Assembly: GCA_026770705.1 (NCBI GenBank)
Contig: JANJGN010000026.1
Span: 35,092,001 to 35,156,000 of the forward strand
Origin: Isurus oxyrinchus
Lineage: Eukaryota
DNA length: 64,000 nt
Direction: 5' to 3'
Shown: piece by piece, positions 1 through 10,847 of the stretch
Layout of the letters: the number at the start of each line of letters is the position of its first letter
Numbering within the stretch: position 1 is the stretch's first letter
Notes under the pieces: generated by a model
Databases searched by the model: none
Seen by the model: only the letters and a program-made list of their open reading frames with translations
Told to the model about the DNA's origin: nothing
Program-made: the position numbers and the translations under genes

Positions 1-740
1 CCAGGCAATCACCATCTCCAGCAAGAGAGAATCCAACCATTGTCCCTTGATGTTCAATGGCATTACAATCACTGAGCCCCCAGTATCAATATCCCGGGGG
101 TTACCATTGACCAGAAACTGAACTGCACTGGCCATATAAATACAGTGGCTAAAAGAACAGACCAGGGTCTAGGAATCCTGCGGCAAGTAACTCACCTCCT
201 GACTCCCTGTCCACCATCTACTAGACACAAGTCAGAAGTGTGATGGAATGCTCACCCATTGCCTGGATGTGTGCAGCTCCCACAGCACTAAAGAAGCTTG
301 ACACCGTCCAGGACAAAGCAACCCACTTTATTGGCACCCCATCCACAATCATTTACCCCCTCCACAACCGACGAACAGTTGCAGCTGTGTGTACCATCTC
401 CAAGATGCACAGAAGGAATTCACCAAGGCTGCTTAGGTAGCACCTTCCAAACCCTCGAATACTACCATCTAGAAGGACAAGGGCAGTAAAAGCATGGGAA
501 CAGCAGCATCTGGGAATTTCCCCTCGAAGGAATTCACCATCCTGACCTGGAAATATATCGCTGTTCCTTCACTGCCGCTGGGTCAAAGCCCTGGAACTCG
601 TTCCTTAACAGCACTGTGGGTGTACCTACACCACGGACTGCAACGGTTCAAGAAGGCAGCTCACCAGCACATTCTCAAGGGGAATTAGGGATGCGCAATG
701 CATTTTGGCCTGGCCAGCATCCTGTAAAATGAACAAAAGT
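1..740 (+). mobile_element. CR1-clade LINE 3' portion (RT C-terminus and tail), decayed
   Basis: Broken frames read ...SPIAWMCAAPTALKKLDTVQDKATHFIG...RRTVAAV; 3' tail matches the copy at 21200-21957 and the SINE tails. Confidence 0.8.
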
Positions 741-1136
741 CACAATTTAGCGTCGTTCAAGGTAATATTATAATGGAAAGTACAGTCTAGCAGAAGATAA
801 CGGATCGGGATAATGGATGTATGAAATATTGCTGTCAGAAATAGTGATCACTCTCACATGTGGGAAAAAGTAAGATATCCAAGGGTACAATCCCTAAAGT
901 GAAGCTCAGATTCATGTGTCGGATGCTATCCATTTGTATAAAACAACTGTCAGAAGATTCAAGCCAAGATAGCCACCGGCTGAAGGAATCGCCGTTGTGT
1001 ATCAAACAGCCCAGCACCAGTTACACTGAGCGAGCCAGATTCGAGGCTCTGGGACTTGTGTTGAAGCTGAGAGGGAGCTTCGGCATTCATGGTGTCTGAG
1101 GTTGAAGGCTGCGAATGCGCCAGACCATCCATTATG

Positions 1137-1207
1137 TGACGTAAGTCTGTGGTCTGCGTGACATCACCTTGTAATCTTTGTGACATCCAACAATCAGTGT
1201 GACGTCA
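1137..1207. promoter_or_regulatory. Cluster of four CRE/TCR-V decamer-like motifs
   Basis: TGACGTAA 1137, TGACATCA 1159, TGACATCC 1181, TGACGTCA 1200 within 70 bp, just upstream of a V relic. Confidence 0.45.
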
Positions 1208-1279
1208 GTCGGTCTGGGTTGAGGGTCAGAAACATCTTTCCAGAAGCTGATCTGGATATTGAGACCTCAGTTTAAGGGA

Positions 1280-1530
1280 ATTAAAAGCTGATCAGAAGCA
1301 GGAAAGGCGGTCTAACCTGCAGATTCATTTGGTGATGGATCAGTCGGACGGATCGGAATCTGCAGCTTGTTTTCTCGGCCTCTGTTGGAAACAGTTGGTG
1401 ACAGTTTCTCCGAGGTGAATGCGGTTTCATCTGGGTTCGTGTTTGAGCGGCCGACAGCGCCGATGAACATTGTGGCTGCACCTGCCCTGGATTCTGTACA
1501 AACCCCATCTGGCAGGAGCTGTCAGACAAA
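1280..1530 (+). pseudogene. Highly decayed TCR V relic
   Basis: Broken frames GKAV.LQ / W...DRNLQLVFSASVG / TAPMNIVAAPALDS resemble the V at 5409 and align with 52868-53038(-). Confidence 0.4.
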
Positions 1531-1574
1531 GCGCGAAGAACGGAGATGAGACTGCTTTCCATCATAAACTCAGG

Positions 1575-1807
1575 CTGTGAGCCTTGATCCTGATCAGCTC
1601 TTCAGAGTCCACTTTCTCCGTTCAGAGAGAGGTGTGACTGCTTGAATGGTGCTGTTGCTATTTTCCTGCCTCGCCGATTGCCTGAAAATATGAGTAAGAC
1701 TGCCCCTGTAAATGCAGCCCGACCGGGACAAGCCAGTACTAGGATAAAACATAGTTCACCCCATGTAATATCACAGATTATGCTTAAACCAGCCACTTCT
1801 CTTCCAT
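1575..1807 (-). pseudogene. Decayed leader plus V 5' relic
   Basis: Leader-like MEEKWLV*A*SVILHG, ttttcag acceptor at about 1702, and a spacer-like sequence resembling that of the V at 52813. Confidence 0.3.
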
Positions 1808-2298
1808 CTAATCATTCGAGGAGTGACAAAATCTCCATGACTCAGATCTGAAATCCATACGCAAACAGGAAAACCTGACTGGAGGTTGATTAAAATTGAA
1901 ATATTGGTTCGGATATGAGACGAACTGTGTTTGTTCCATAATTACCTTTTCGAAATGCTTCACTTCTCCCCCGTCCCCCAGCACCATTTGAACCCAGTTG
2001 CTGGGTGGCTACATTGTGCTCAGGGCTTATTTTAAAGGATGAAAACACAACCTGATGAAATGTCTTCATTTTCTATACATTGTTTCTGAACCAGCAAAAT
2101 ACTCTCATCAGATAGACACGATGTGCCGGCTTTGACAAAGGGACCTAGAAGGAGAGAGTGAAGATGGGGATAGGGCTGCTTAAGAGTGCAGACAGGCGAG
2201 GAAAAATCATCGAAAGTCTAAATGTGAATTAGCGCAACACAAATTTATTCATGGAATTCATTTTTAGCATATTTGAAAGTTAAAGCCAACTAATATAA

Positions 2299-2433
2299 GT
2301 TCTGATGAAGAGTCATACGGACTCAAAACTTTAACAGTATTCTTCTGCGCAGATGCTGTGAGGCCTGCTGAGTTTTTCCAGGTATTTTTGTTTTTGTTTC
2401 AGATTTCCAGCATCCGCAGTATTTTGCTTTTAT
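2299..2433 (+). mobile_element. Penelope terminal-repeat fragment with mutated hammerhead core
   Basis: GTT-CTGATGA-A-GAGTC-atacg-GACTC-AAAA (GAAA mutated); matches the ends of the Penelope copies at 14288, 44602 and 47114. Confidence 0.75.
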
Positions 2434-2609
2434 ACTGTAATATAATTCCCCAGTTGCTGCCCGCCCGTTCTTCTTCAGCGCTGCCTTTATTTTGATATTT
2501 TATTAAAAGTTTGTGATCCTTTCAGTCCGAGCTATTGCTTCCATTTATCGGTGTGAGTGCGCCCTCTTCTGAGCACTAACCGGAACTGGGATCCGCTGTA
2601 TCTCTGCAG

Positions 2610-3027
2610 CATGGCACAGAACTATATGGCACTGTCGGAGAGGAGAACCCCGGCGATATTTAAAGGAATCATTTTATTTCCTTTGTGCAAAACAGCTGAG
2701 AACCTGTCTGGGGAATCTGGAGACTTCTCTGCATCCCCCAAGCGATATATCTTCATTAAATATCTCGGAGCTTCCCCGGGATACTGGATGTACCAGAACA
2801 GAGTTGAAACAGCAGCTGTCGAGTAATTACAGTCCTGTTTTATGCTCTGTCCTTCCAGAACCGTTAACTCAGGGGGATCTTGGGAAACTGAATTTTTACC
2901 ATTTGTTCCTGCAACAAAGCACAGAATGTATCAAATATCTGGGAGTAAAGATAACGCAAGTAATGGACACTGACCATTTAAGCATTGACTCACCGGGCAG
3001 CAAGCCATTATTAGCAGTAAGGAACAT
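2610..3027 (-). pseudogene. TCR alpha/delta V pseudogene
   Basis: Leader 2994-3027 (G|GTGAGT); exon 2610-2908 reads GTNGKNSVSQDPPELTVLEGQSIKQDCNYST...LFWYIQYPGEAPRYLMK...DRFSAVL...DSAI*FCAM; TAG stop; RSS heptamer deleted. Confidence 0.9.
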
Positions 3028-4074
3028 GGAGAATACAGGATGACAGGATAAGAGTTTGGAAGATGTAAGATATAATTGGAAATATGTTGACACTTCTGTT
3101 CTGATTGTAAAGACGAAAGTCGGATCAGGGGCAGGCTTCACTTATTGAGAAACTTAGGGGCGTGTCCCAGCGACAAGATTGGCTGGTCTCTCAGAACTGA
3201 TGACAGTTGAGCGCCAATCAATGTTCGCTGTGGACAGATTATTTCTTCTGACTTTCTCCTCCCTGTCTTTCTCGGCCTCTCCGGATCATTCTTGGTTTCG
3301 TGATCTCTCTGTCTCATTTTGCCTTTCAGTCTCCATGGATCCATATCCCCTTTCTCTGTTTCTGACCCTTTCTGACAAACACTTTCTCTGCCTCTTTCTG
3401 TTTTTCCCGTTTTGCCTGAGGTTCAGAGTGCAGAAAATCCAATCCAGTCTCCCATTTCAATGAGTTCAGAAAAGTGCTCACTTCATAGGAGCAGTTACAG
3501 TCGATAAATTATTTAACCGTAGCTCAGAGGCAGCATTAAAATTAAAACAGTTATATTTAAATCCCAAATATAGCAGGCGCCCTATTGGCATCATTTTTCT
3601 GTGTTGATATTTGAGACTCGGCATCCTATTGGAATCTCAGTTGTTTCAAATTGTTTAAAACAGGCTTATTTTAACCAGTAATGGTTGAGATATTGAAATA
3701 AACAATGGAATCGCCAGGATTTAAAATAAAGCTTGAATTAGCCCACGTGTATAAGGTCACCTGCACTAAAATGCATTATATTAACAAGAAGAAGAACGCG
3801 AGAAATGTGATATAATCATGTAACAGTATCGTGTTCCTTTAACTGGAGCTCCCTGGTCGTCTCTGTGCGTTTATTGCAGCGGGTATGGGCACGATAACAT
3901 GGTGTTTATGAGACTGGTCTCGTAATCCAGGAAGTCAAGTAGCTCTCGGAAATCATCCTTTCCCTATTACGTGCAACATTATGTTATTTTTCTTTCCCTT
4001 CCTAGAATTCCTGCTTCCATTTAGAATATTGTTCATCTTGCTGCATATGTTCCCATTACTGAACCTTCATCTTT

Positions 4075-4438
4075 TTATTTAATCATTGATGAGATGTGGG
4101 CATCGCTGGCAAGCCAGAATTTATTGCTTATCCCTAATTGCCCTTGTTGAGAGGGAATTTATGAATCAACTGCATTGTTGCAGGTCTGGAGTCACATATA
4201 GGCCAGACCAGGTAAGGGCAGCAGACTTCCTTCCCTAAAGGACATAGTGAACCAGATGGGTTTTTTATGACAATCAACAATGGTTTCATGGTCATCATTA
4301 GACGTTTGATTCAATAATTTTTTATTGAATTCAAATTCCACCATCTGCCATAGCGAGGTTCTAACCCGCATCCTCAGAGCATCACCAGGGGAGACCCTCG
4401 TCCTCTGGATTACTCGTTCAGCGACTACGCCATCGCCT
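4075..4438 (-). mobile_element. tRNA-derived SINE with CR1-derived tail (shark HE1-like)
   Basis: A-box TGGCGTAGT, B-box-like GGTTAGAACC, body shared with 32125-32457 and 45885-46150, tail shared with the CR1 3' end. Confidence 0.8.
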
Positions 4439-5316
4439 CTCTCCTTCTCTCTCTCTCTTGTTTATCTCAATGTCTCTCCTTCATTTGTATCTTTCTTCCT
4501 TCATTTTCTTTCTCTCTGTCTCTCAATGTGCTCGTCCCTCAGTCTCTCACTTACAAACACATTTGAAGAACAAGTACTTAGCTGCCCAGGCGTTGCCCTA
4601 GCCCTTCGTGATTATTTGATTCATTGAAAATATCCAAGTGTTGTTTTTGCATTAAATTCCCTGGGGACTCTTCAGGATTAGATGTCTGTTACTGTTGCAG
4701 AAAAGGAGATTAGTCAAATGGGCGCAGCAACATCACAAGACATGTACATTCCTGGCCATAACAGGCCTCTAAATCTCTCTATTTTATATCAGGACATTCG
4801 TTTCCAAAACCAAATGCGGTTTCTACTCATTTTCCAGGCTCCAATTACATTCATCATAAATCGGAGCATCAAACCAGTTGATGTGCTCAGTCCCCATCAG
4901 AAACAATATTTGCCTATCCTTGTATAAAAGTATACTGTGGATGCTCTAACATAAAATTTTAAAAGTGCTTTAAGACATGGCAGGTCTGGAAGCATCTGTG
5001 GAAAGGGAAACAGATTAAAGCTTTGATTCGAATTTAACTCTTCTTTGGAACTCCGAGTTGGCCCAACAGCCTTTCCTGAGCTATAGGAGATAGTTGTATC
5101 TTTTACTGAAAAGGAAAAATGTGAAACCTGGCTCCAGAGGGCATGTCAGTGCGAAAAATATATCAGCGTTCGATTGTTCCCTTGCTCTTGTTGACGATGT
5201 GAAATATGTTTATCAAAAAAATATATTTGATTGTAAATCTCAATGACCCCAAATTAAACCAATTCTCCAGCAATATTCCTGATCCAGCGAGTGCAGAAAC
5301 CAGTAAAACACAATGA

Positions 5317-5692
5317 ATGGAATTACAGCTTCTGGTTTTGATTTTAGGTGAGGATTTTGTGGAGAATAGTTTTTGCCATTAGAACATGTTTCTTATCTTC
5401 TGTATCAGAAGTTATCAGCGGAGAGACTGTGATCAACCAGTCACAGCGGATCTTTACAGAAGAGGGACAATCGATTGAATTGCAGTAAAATGCAATCACC
5501 AGGGCCCCTGAGAGTATTCACTGGTACAGAATACGACAGAATCGTGGCCTGTAATTTATCAGGTCAGCTGTTAGCAGATGCACCACAGGCAGATTCTTCA
5601 ACATATTCATTTACCCAACAAGAAGTTATTACATTCCCGGTAGGGACAGCACCGTGGACCCAGAAGCTGGGGTGTATTACTGTGCATTGAGG
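5317..5692 (+). pseudogene. TCR V pseudogene (divergent family)
   Basis: Leader MELQLLVLIL G|gtgagg; exon from 5409 reads ...EEGQSIELQ*N...IHWYRIRQNRGL*F...GVYYCALR; RSS CACTGAG-23/24-ACAACATCC; two stops. Confidence 0.85.
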
Positions 5693-6011
5693 CACTGAGA
5701 GATAAAACAACCATTCCGAGCTGACAACATCCACAACGGCCACTGCTCTCCTCAGTGTGCTGACTCCTTTGTGAACTACAGGTCCACAGACGCCATCCAT
5801 TCTGCAGGGACAGGGTTAATAGGATCGGCTGAAGCCTGTTACTGTTTCACTGCTATCGTTTTCTCTTCATGTTGTTAACCATCAGCTCTTGATGGTTGGG
5901 TTGGGAATGATAAACCAAATTAAACTAATCACCGCGATGTTGCTGCAGGTCTGAGCTGGCAACAGTGTTTGGTTCAATCACTTCAGTTGCAGGCGGAGAT
6001 CAATGAACAAG

Positions 6012-6122
6012 TACAGCAGCGGAGGAGTCCATCAATACACCATACAGCAGAGGAGGAGTCGAACAATACACCATAAAGCAGAGGAGGAGTCCAACAACGC
6101 ACCATACAGCAGAGGCCGAGTC
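6012..6122 (+). repeat. 31-bp tandem repeat, about 3.5 copies
   Basis: Unit CAATACACCATACAGCAGAGGAGGAGTCCAA; abuts a LINE-tail-like sequence. Confidence 0.8.
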
Positions 6123-6849
6123 ATTTTGCCCCATTGTGCTTGAGTTTACTCTTCGCATGGGCTATCCAATTAATCCCACGTCTCCGCTCTTTCCCCAAAC
6201 CTCCAAAAATTGCTCCTTTACATGTTTGAAACATTATTCAGTTATTTCATTTAGAAAAAGAATGAAAGAAACATATTCTGAAATAGAGGCATTCATTTCA
6301 AATACACGTTGTTTTATTATAATTGTTACGATGAACAATCGAGATATTGTAATGTAAAGGTATGGTAAAAATATTTCACTGAGCAGATCCCCACAGTTTC
6401 TCTGATCTCATCTGCAGCTTGCACTCTCCCATTCTGCTCAAGCCTGTCAGTCAGGCAGCCCCCATTTCATTCATATGATAAGTGGAATTGGTCTAAGTGA
6501 CCATGTCGCTTTAGTCAAAGCCTTCAGAGCGCACTGGTCCTCTATATCCACCTTTATATTAGGTTGTGTTTGTCTAATTCAACACGGCATTTTATTCAAA
6601 TTCTTCTGGGTACACTGGTCCTCTATACCAACATTTCTATTAGCTGTGGGTAGCTGCACAGATCAGCTCTTTTAATGGGAGGCTCCGGCACTGCTACCAG
6701 CACAATATGGACTACTTCTCTTCACTCCATCCACCTCAGAGACTGAAACAGTTGGAGGGACAACATTGTGTTGAATTCCTGTCCAGTTCCCTGTTCCATT
6801 GATTGCTGGCCGCTCGGATGTCATAAATTGGAGGATAAAGGAGCTCTCA

Positions 6850-6925
6850 GCTGATTGGACGAATAACAGAATAAAGGATTTGATTGGTCCACCTGCTGAC
6901 TCTGTCAGGAATGAACCAATCGGCA
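6850..6925 (+). promoter_or_regulatory. CCAAT-rich promoter of the Tyr23/Leu41 V family
   Basis: ATTGG 6854, ATTGG 6883, CCAAT 6916; a similar module lies upstream of the paralogous leaders at 13866, 24332 and 35741. Confidence 0.55.
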
Positions 6926-7014
6926 GAGACGCCGGATGTTGCTCAACGTTAACCCAACTCTTCACGAAAACAATTTCAGATTCTATTCAAATCCGGCTTC
7001 AACTGTCTGCAAGC

Positions 7015-7526
7015 ATGTCGGTTATTACTTTTTGTTCGTTCCTCACAACTGCAGCTCTCGTAACTGGTAAGCTTACAGCTGCAAAATCTCCTTGCAGGCA
7101 ATGTGTTCTATGTTCACTATGTTTTGTCTCTGTTTCTAATATGCCCCGTCACCTGATGTTATTAAGTATATTAAAATGATGATAAAAGCTTAACGTTCTG
7201 TGTTTCTAAATTTCTACAGGTGTTAATGGTGCAGATTCGGTATCACAGGAGCCGCTTATAGCGATACATTTCGAAGGACATTCGATGACCATTAATTATA
7301 GCTACTCGGGCACTTATAGCTCATATTCGTTACAACTGTACCGTCAGGACCAGGATAAAGCCCCCAAATTCTTGATCTACATCTCTAACTACGGGGATGT
7401 TGTCAGAGCAGAGGGCGTAGGGATTCGATTTTCTGCATCGATCGACACTTCGAAAAGTGAGGGGAATTTCACCATCCGTGACTTGCTGCTGTCTGACAGC
7501 GCGGTGTATTACTGCGGGCTGAGAGA
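7015..7526 (+). CDS. Intact TCR alpha/delta V segment with non-canonical core (Tyr23, Leu41, Cys104)
   Basis: Leader 7015-7066 (G|GTAAGC), exon 7220-7526: MSVITFCSFLTTAALVTGVNGADSVSQEPLIAIHFEGHSMTINYSYSGTYSSYSLQLYRQDQDKAPKFLIYISNYGDVVRAEGVGIRFSASIDTSKSEGNFTIRDLLLSDSAVYYCGLR; no stops. Confidence 0.92.
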
Positions 7527-7565
7527 CACAGTGACAGGAACCAGAGGGAGCCCCGTACAAAAACA
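7527..7565 (+). other. 23-RSS
   Basis: CACAGTG-23 bp-ACAAAAACA. Confidence 0.95.
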
Positions 7566-8047
7566 CTGCCGCAATGTGATAAGGTGAATAGAATAGGCGG
7601 CAGACTGTGGAGAAACCAGAACTTCATTACATTATCAGTATATCGAGCTGATTTCATATAAGTAACAAGCCGAGAGTAGCACATGCAGCATTGGAGAAGG
7701 CCTGCTCTGTTCCATTTGCATCCAATATATTCTGAACATAATGCAAAAATGTGTTTAGAGATTTCGTAAAATTTTGAAAATTAAAGGTCTTAGGGCAGAA
7801 ATGCTCAGCAAAGTATTTGAGAGTGTGTTCTGGCCGTTACAGGAGGTACACACAATAAGAAAATGCAGCAGCAGGTATGTAACACTGCGGGTCGCTCAGG
7901 AAAAGAACAGGCTTTGCATTTACATAAAGTCCTGCGCCCTGTGTTCAGATTTGCCGAAGTGCTTCCAGCAAAATTCCGAATGCATTCTTTTTCAATTTGG
8001 CTTGTGCGTTCTGTCGTTTTACAGACCAACCGGTGACAATTCTGCTC

Positions 8048-8286
8048 CACATTGATACACGGCAGAGACACGAGCCCCAGCGATATTTAAAGGAAATGTT
8101 TTCTTGACTTGGTCCAATTCAGCGGAAAACCGGTCAGGGAAATCTGGAGAAACAATCCCTTCCCCTAGTTATAACCCTTCAGTAAATACCTAGGAACTTC
8201 CCCGCGATACTGGATGTACCAAAAGAGCGTTGATATAGTGTATTTTGTTGCGTAACTGCAGTTCAGTATTATTGTCTGCCCTTCGT
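8048..8286 (-). pseudogene. TCR V fragment (family of 2610-3027)
   Basis: EGQTIILNCSYATKYTISTLFWYIQYRGEVPRYLLK / frameshift / DFPDRFSAELD...AVYQC; no leader, no RSS. Confidence 0.85.
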
Positions 8287-8421
8287 AAGTCCGCAATATA
8301 TATCCAGCACTTTAGAGATGTTGCTGTTGACATGTTCCTCATGTCCTTTTTAAAAGTATATGGGGGCATCCTGTGTTGATGTGAATTTACATGCTGCCTC
8401 CTGCAATATTTAATTACTGAG

Positions 8422-8889
8422 ATGCTTTCTATTCTCTGGCCTGAATGCTCCAATGCCCCTTGTAATAGGTAGGTTGTGATTGATGTTTTCCACGTTGGGT
8501 GGAATGCTCATAATCTGTAAGTGTGTTAACTAATATTTTCTATGCTATTTTCCAGGCAAAATCCGTCGGAGCTGGGTAACGCAGCGTCAACATGAGTTGA
8601 AGTTATCTGAGGGAGATAATCCACAATTGAACTGTAATTACAGTTCCAGTTCTGATGATCCGGATCGCTCTGGTACCGGCTGTACCCGAACCAGACATCC
8701 CAGTTTATATTGTTCCGTGATATTGCACGGATTGCGAGTTTGCGAAAGGGAAATTCGATGCTTGTCATCATGCTCATTAACATTTTATCCATTTGTCAAT
8801 TTCTACAGCAGAGGCGAAAGGCAGCACATTCTATTTCTGCAGATTGAGAGTCTGGGAGCTTCAACGCCGCTCCAGTCCGTGCAAAAACA
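8422..8889 (+). pseudogene. TCR V pseudogene with decayed RSS
   Basis: Exon from 8556 reads SWVTQRQHELKLSEGDNPQLNCNYSS / WYRLYPNQTSQFILF / FYFCRLR with frameshifts; nonamer GCAAAAACA at 8881. Confidence 0.8.
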
Positions 8890-8922
8890 TCATCAAACTG
8901 CAGGCAAACAGTTAAGCAAAGG

Positions 8923-9086
8923 TAAAAGCAAAATACTGCGGATGCCGGAAATCTGAAACAAAGACAAAAATACCTGGAAAAACTCAGCAGGTCTGACAGC
9001 ACCTGCGGAAAGAAATACAGTTGACGTTTCGAGTCGGTCCGAAACGTCAACTCTATTCCTCTCCACAGATGCTGTCATACCTATTG
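8923..9086. mobile_element. Foldback pair of Penelope terminal repeats with 13-bp TSD
   Basis: Arms 8981-9032 and 9038-9090 are inverted; AGTTAAGCAAAGG at 8910-8922 and 9087-9099. Confidence 0.75.
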
Positions 9087-9179
9087 AGTTAAGCAAAGGC
9101 ATCTGCCACAGTGAAAAATAAAATCTTTCATTGGGAAGATGATGAAAAAACATATGTTTCCATGTTCTGCCACAATGGC

Positions 9180-9610
9180 ATCAAGGATAATGGACATCAG
9201 TTACGCGAAATGAGTAGAGAAACTGAATTGTTTTCCTCGGAACAGTGGAGATTAAGTGGAATACTAATTGGGGGGACCAAATTTATGAAAGGATTTCAAA
9301 ACGTAGATGAGGAAAAATTATTCCTGCACGCAGCAGGAACGCCGATGGGAGGATACTGATTCAAGATAATTGACAGAAAAATCCAGGGGTAATTTATGAT
9401 TATTTTCAAAGTGAGTTGCGATGACTTTGAAAGCACTGCCTGAAAGGCGGTGGGAGCAGATACAATAATAAGTAATTGATTCATATTTGAAAAAGGTAAA
9501 CTGCAGGCCTAGGGGGAAAGGCCATGTAGTTGGTCTTATTGGATAGCTATTGCAGACTGGAAAGCACGGGAACGTTTGGCCGAATGACCTCCTCCTGTGC
9601 TGTATTATCC
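9180..9610 (+). mobile_element. CR1 LINE 3' fragment
   Basis: ELFSSEQWRLSGILIGGTKFMKGFQNVDEEKLF resembles the CR1 ORF2 C-terminal LFSLEKRRLRGDLI motif. Confidence 0.7.
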
Positions 9611-10847
9611 AGCAATTCTATGTATCACACCCAATGCTAATCCCGGCACAAGCTGGAGTTCCTTGTGTTGGCTCTTGGCTAAATTCCCGAAACTATCTCC
9701 AGAATAGCACTGGAGGAAAACCTTCATGATGCATGTTCTGGCAGTTCAAGGTGAAGCTTCAGCACAATATTCTTATGTGAAATTAGGGATGGATAATACA
9801 TGCTGGCCTTGCCATAATTGCCCATAACAAGAAAATAAGTACAATAAAACTAAGAACATAGGGCTGGGATGAAAGCAGCTCGCCTTCGCCTTTAAGACTA
9901 TTTGCTTCATTAACCTGCTCAGCCTCTCTCCTCCCATCGTCTCTTTACCCACATTCGGCACAGCTGGGCTTTTGACTAGCTTTTTTCAGAGAAAGCAAAC
10001 AGAAGCTACACTATGGCAATTATACCGATTGGGGAGATAAGACATGATGAAATATGTGAGTTCAACCAAGTTCCTCTTGCTGTTTGTAACATGAGCATCG
10101 GTTTCCAACTATAGATTATGAAGGAAATGTAATATGGCAGCATTAACATAGATATTTTCAGTTATTACTATTTTTCTTTGTCATTTCTTGATCGTTGTGG
10201 TATGAGCAATGGAGACGAGATGTTGTAAGGCAGTCATAACACAAAAATGTTACAGAGGATAAAAATCCAGATACATTAGAAAATGTAACGAAATACAATG
10301 CACATCTGAAAGTGACCAACAGGTCAATGCGTTCCTGACTGATCTGAATGGTCAAGAGTTTTTAGTATTCTACATTTGATCTGCTGTTTTATTCAATAGT
10401 TTTCAGTTCTCTTGTTACCATTGATGGCCCTGAACACTGAAGTCAGGTTCACAGTGATAAATAATTGGCATGTTATTTTCTCAGCTGCTCTCTTCGTAAC
10501 GTTATCAGGGAAATATGAAGGATGTTAAAGGAAAGGGCTTCTTACTTTATTTATGATTCACTTGATTTATGATTTTCCCAGACCTAAAATCTCTGCATAT
10601 TACACTTGTTATTTTGCACTTTCTATAGATTCCTAAAATTCTGTTCTCGTCATGTTCTATTACTGCACTTTTTAGCTTTCTGTTTTTCTCTCACTCATTC
10701 TGGCTTTTTCTGCGTTTATGTTTCCAACTCTGCTCATTTCTCACCCCCTTGTAAATCTTGAGATACTGGAAATGCTGATCCTCCGATAACAACAGAGCGG
10801 CTCTCCCAGAAGGCGCAGGTTTCTGTACATATGCTCGTTGTATTGTG

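Noticed and set aside
835-1090. ORF LGCLIHNGDSFS as a spliced/processed V
   Set aside because: The resemblance is limited to NGDS; no Cys, WY or YYC motif follows.
1452-1505. DSADEHCG plus GTACAAACC read as a V end with RSS
   Set aside because: Comparison with 52868-53038 favours another frame (TAPMNIV), and the heptamer-nonamer spacing is wrong.
6012-6122. Short repeats here and at 51851 as CRISPR-like arrays
   Set aside because: Head-to-tail repeats with no unique spacers, in vertebrate DNA.
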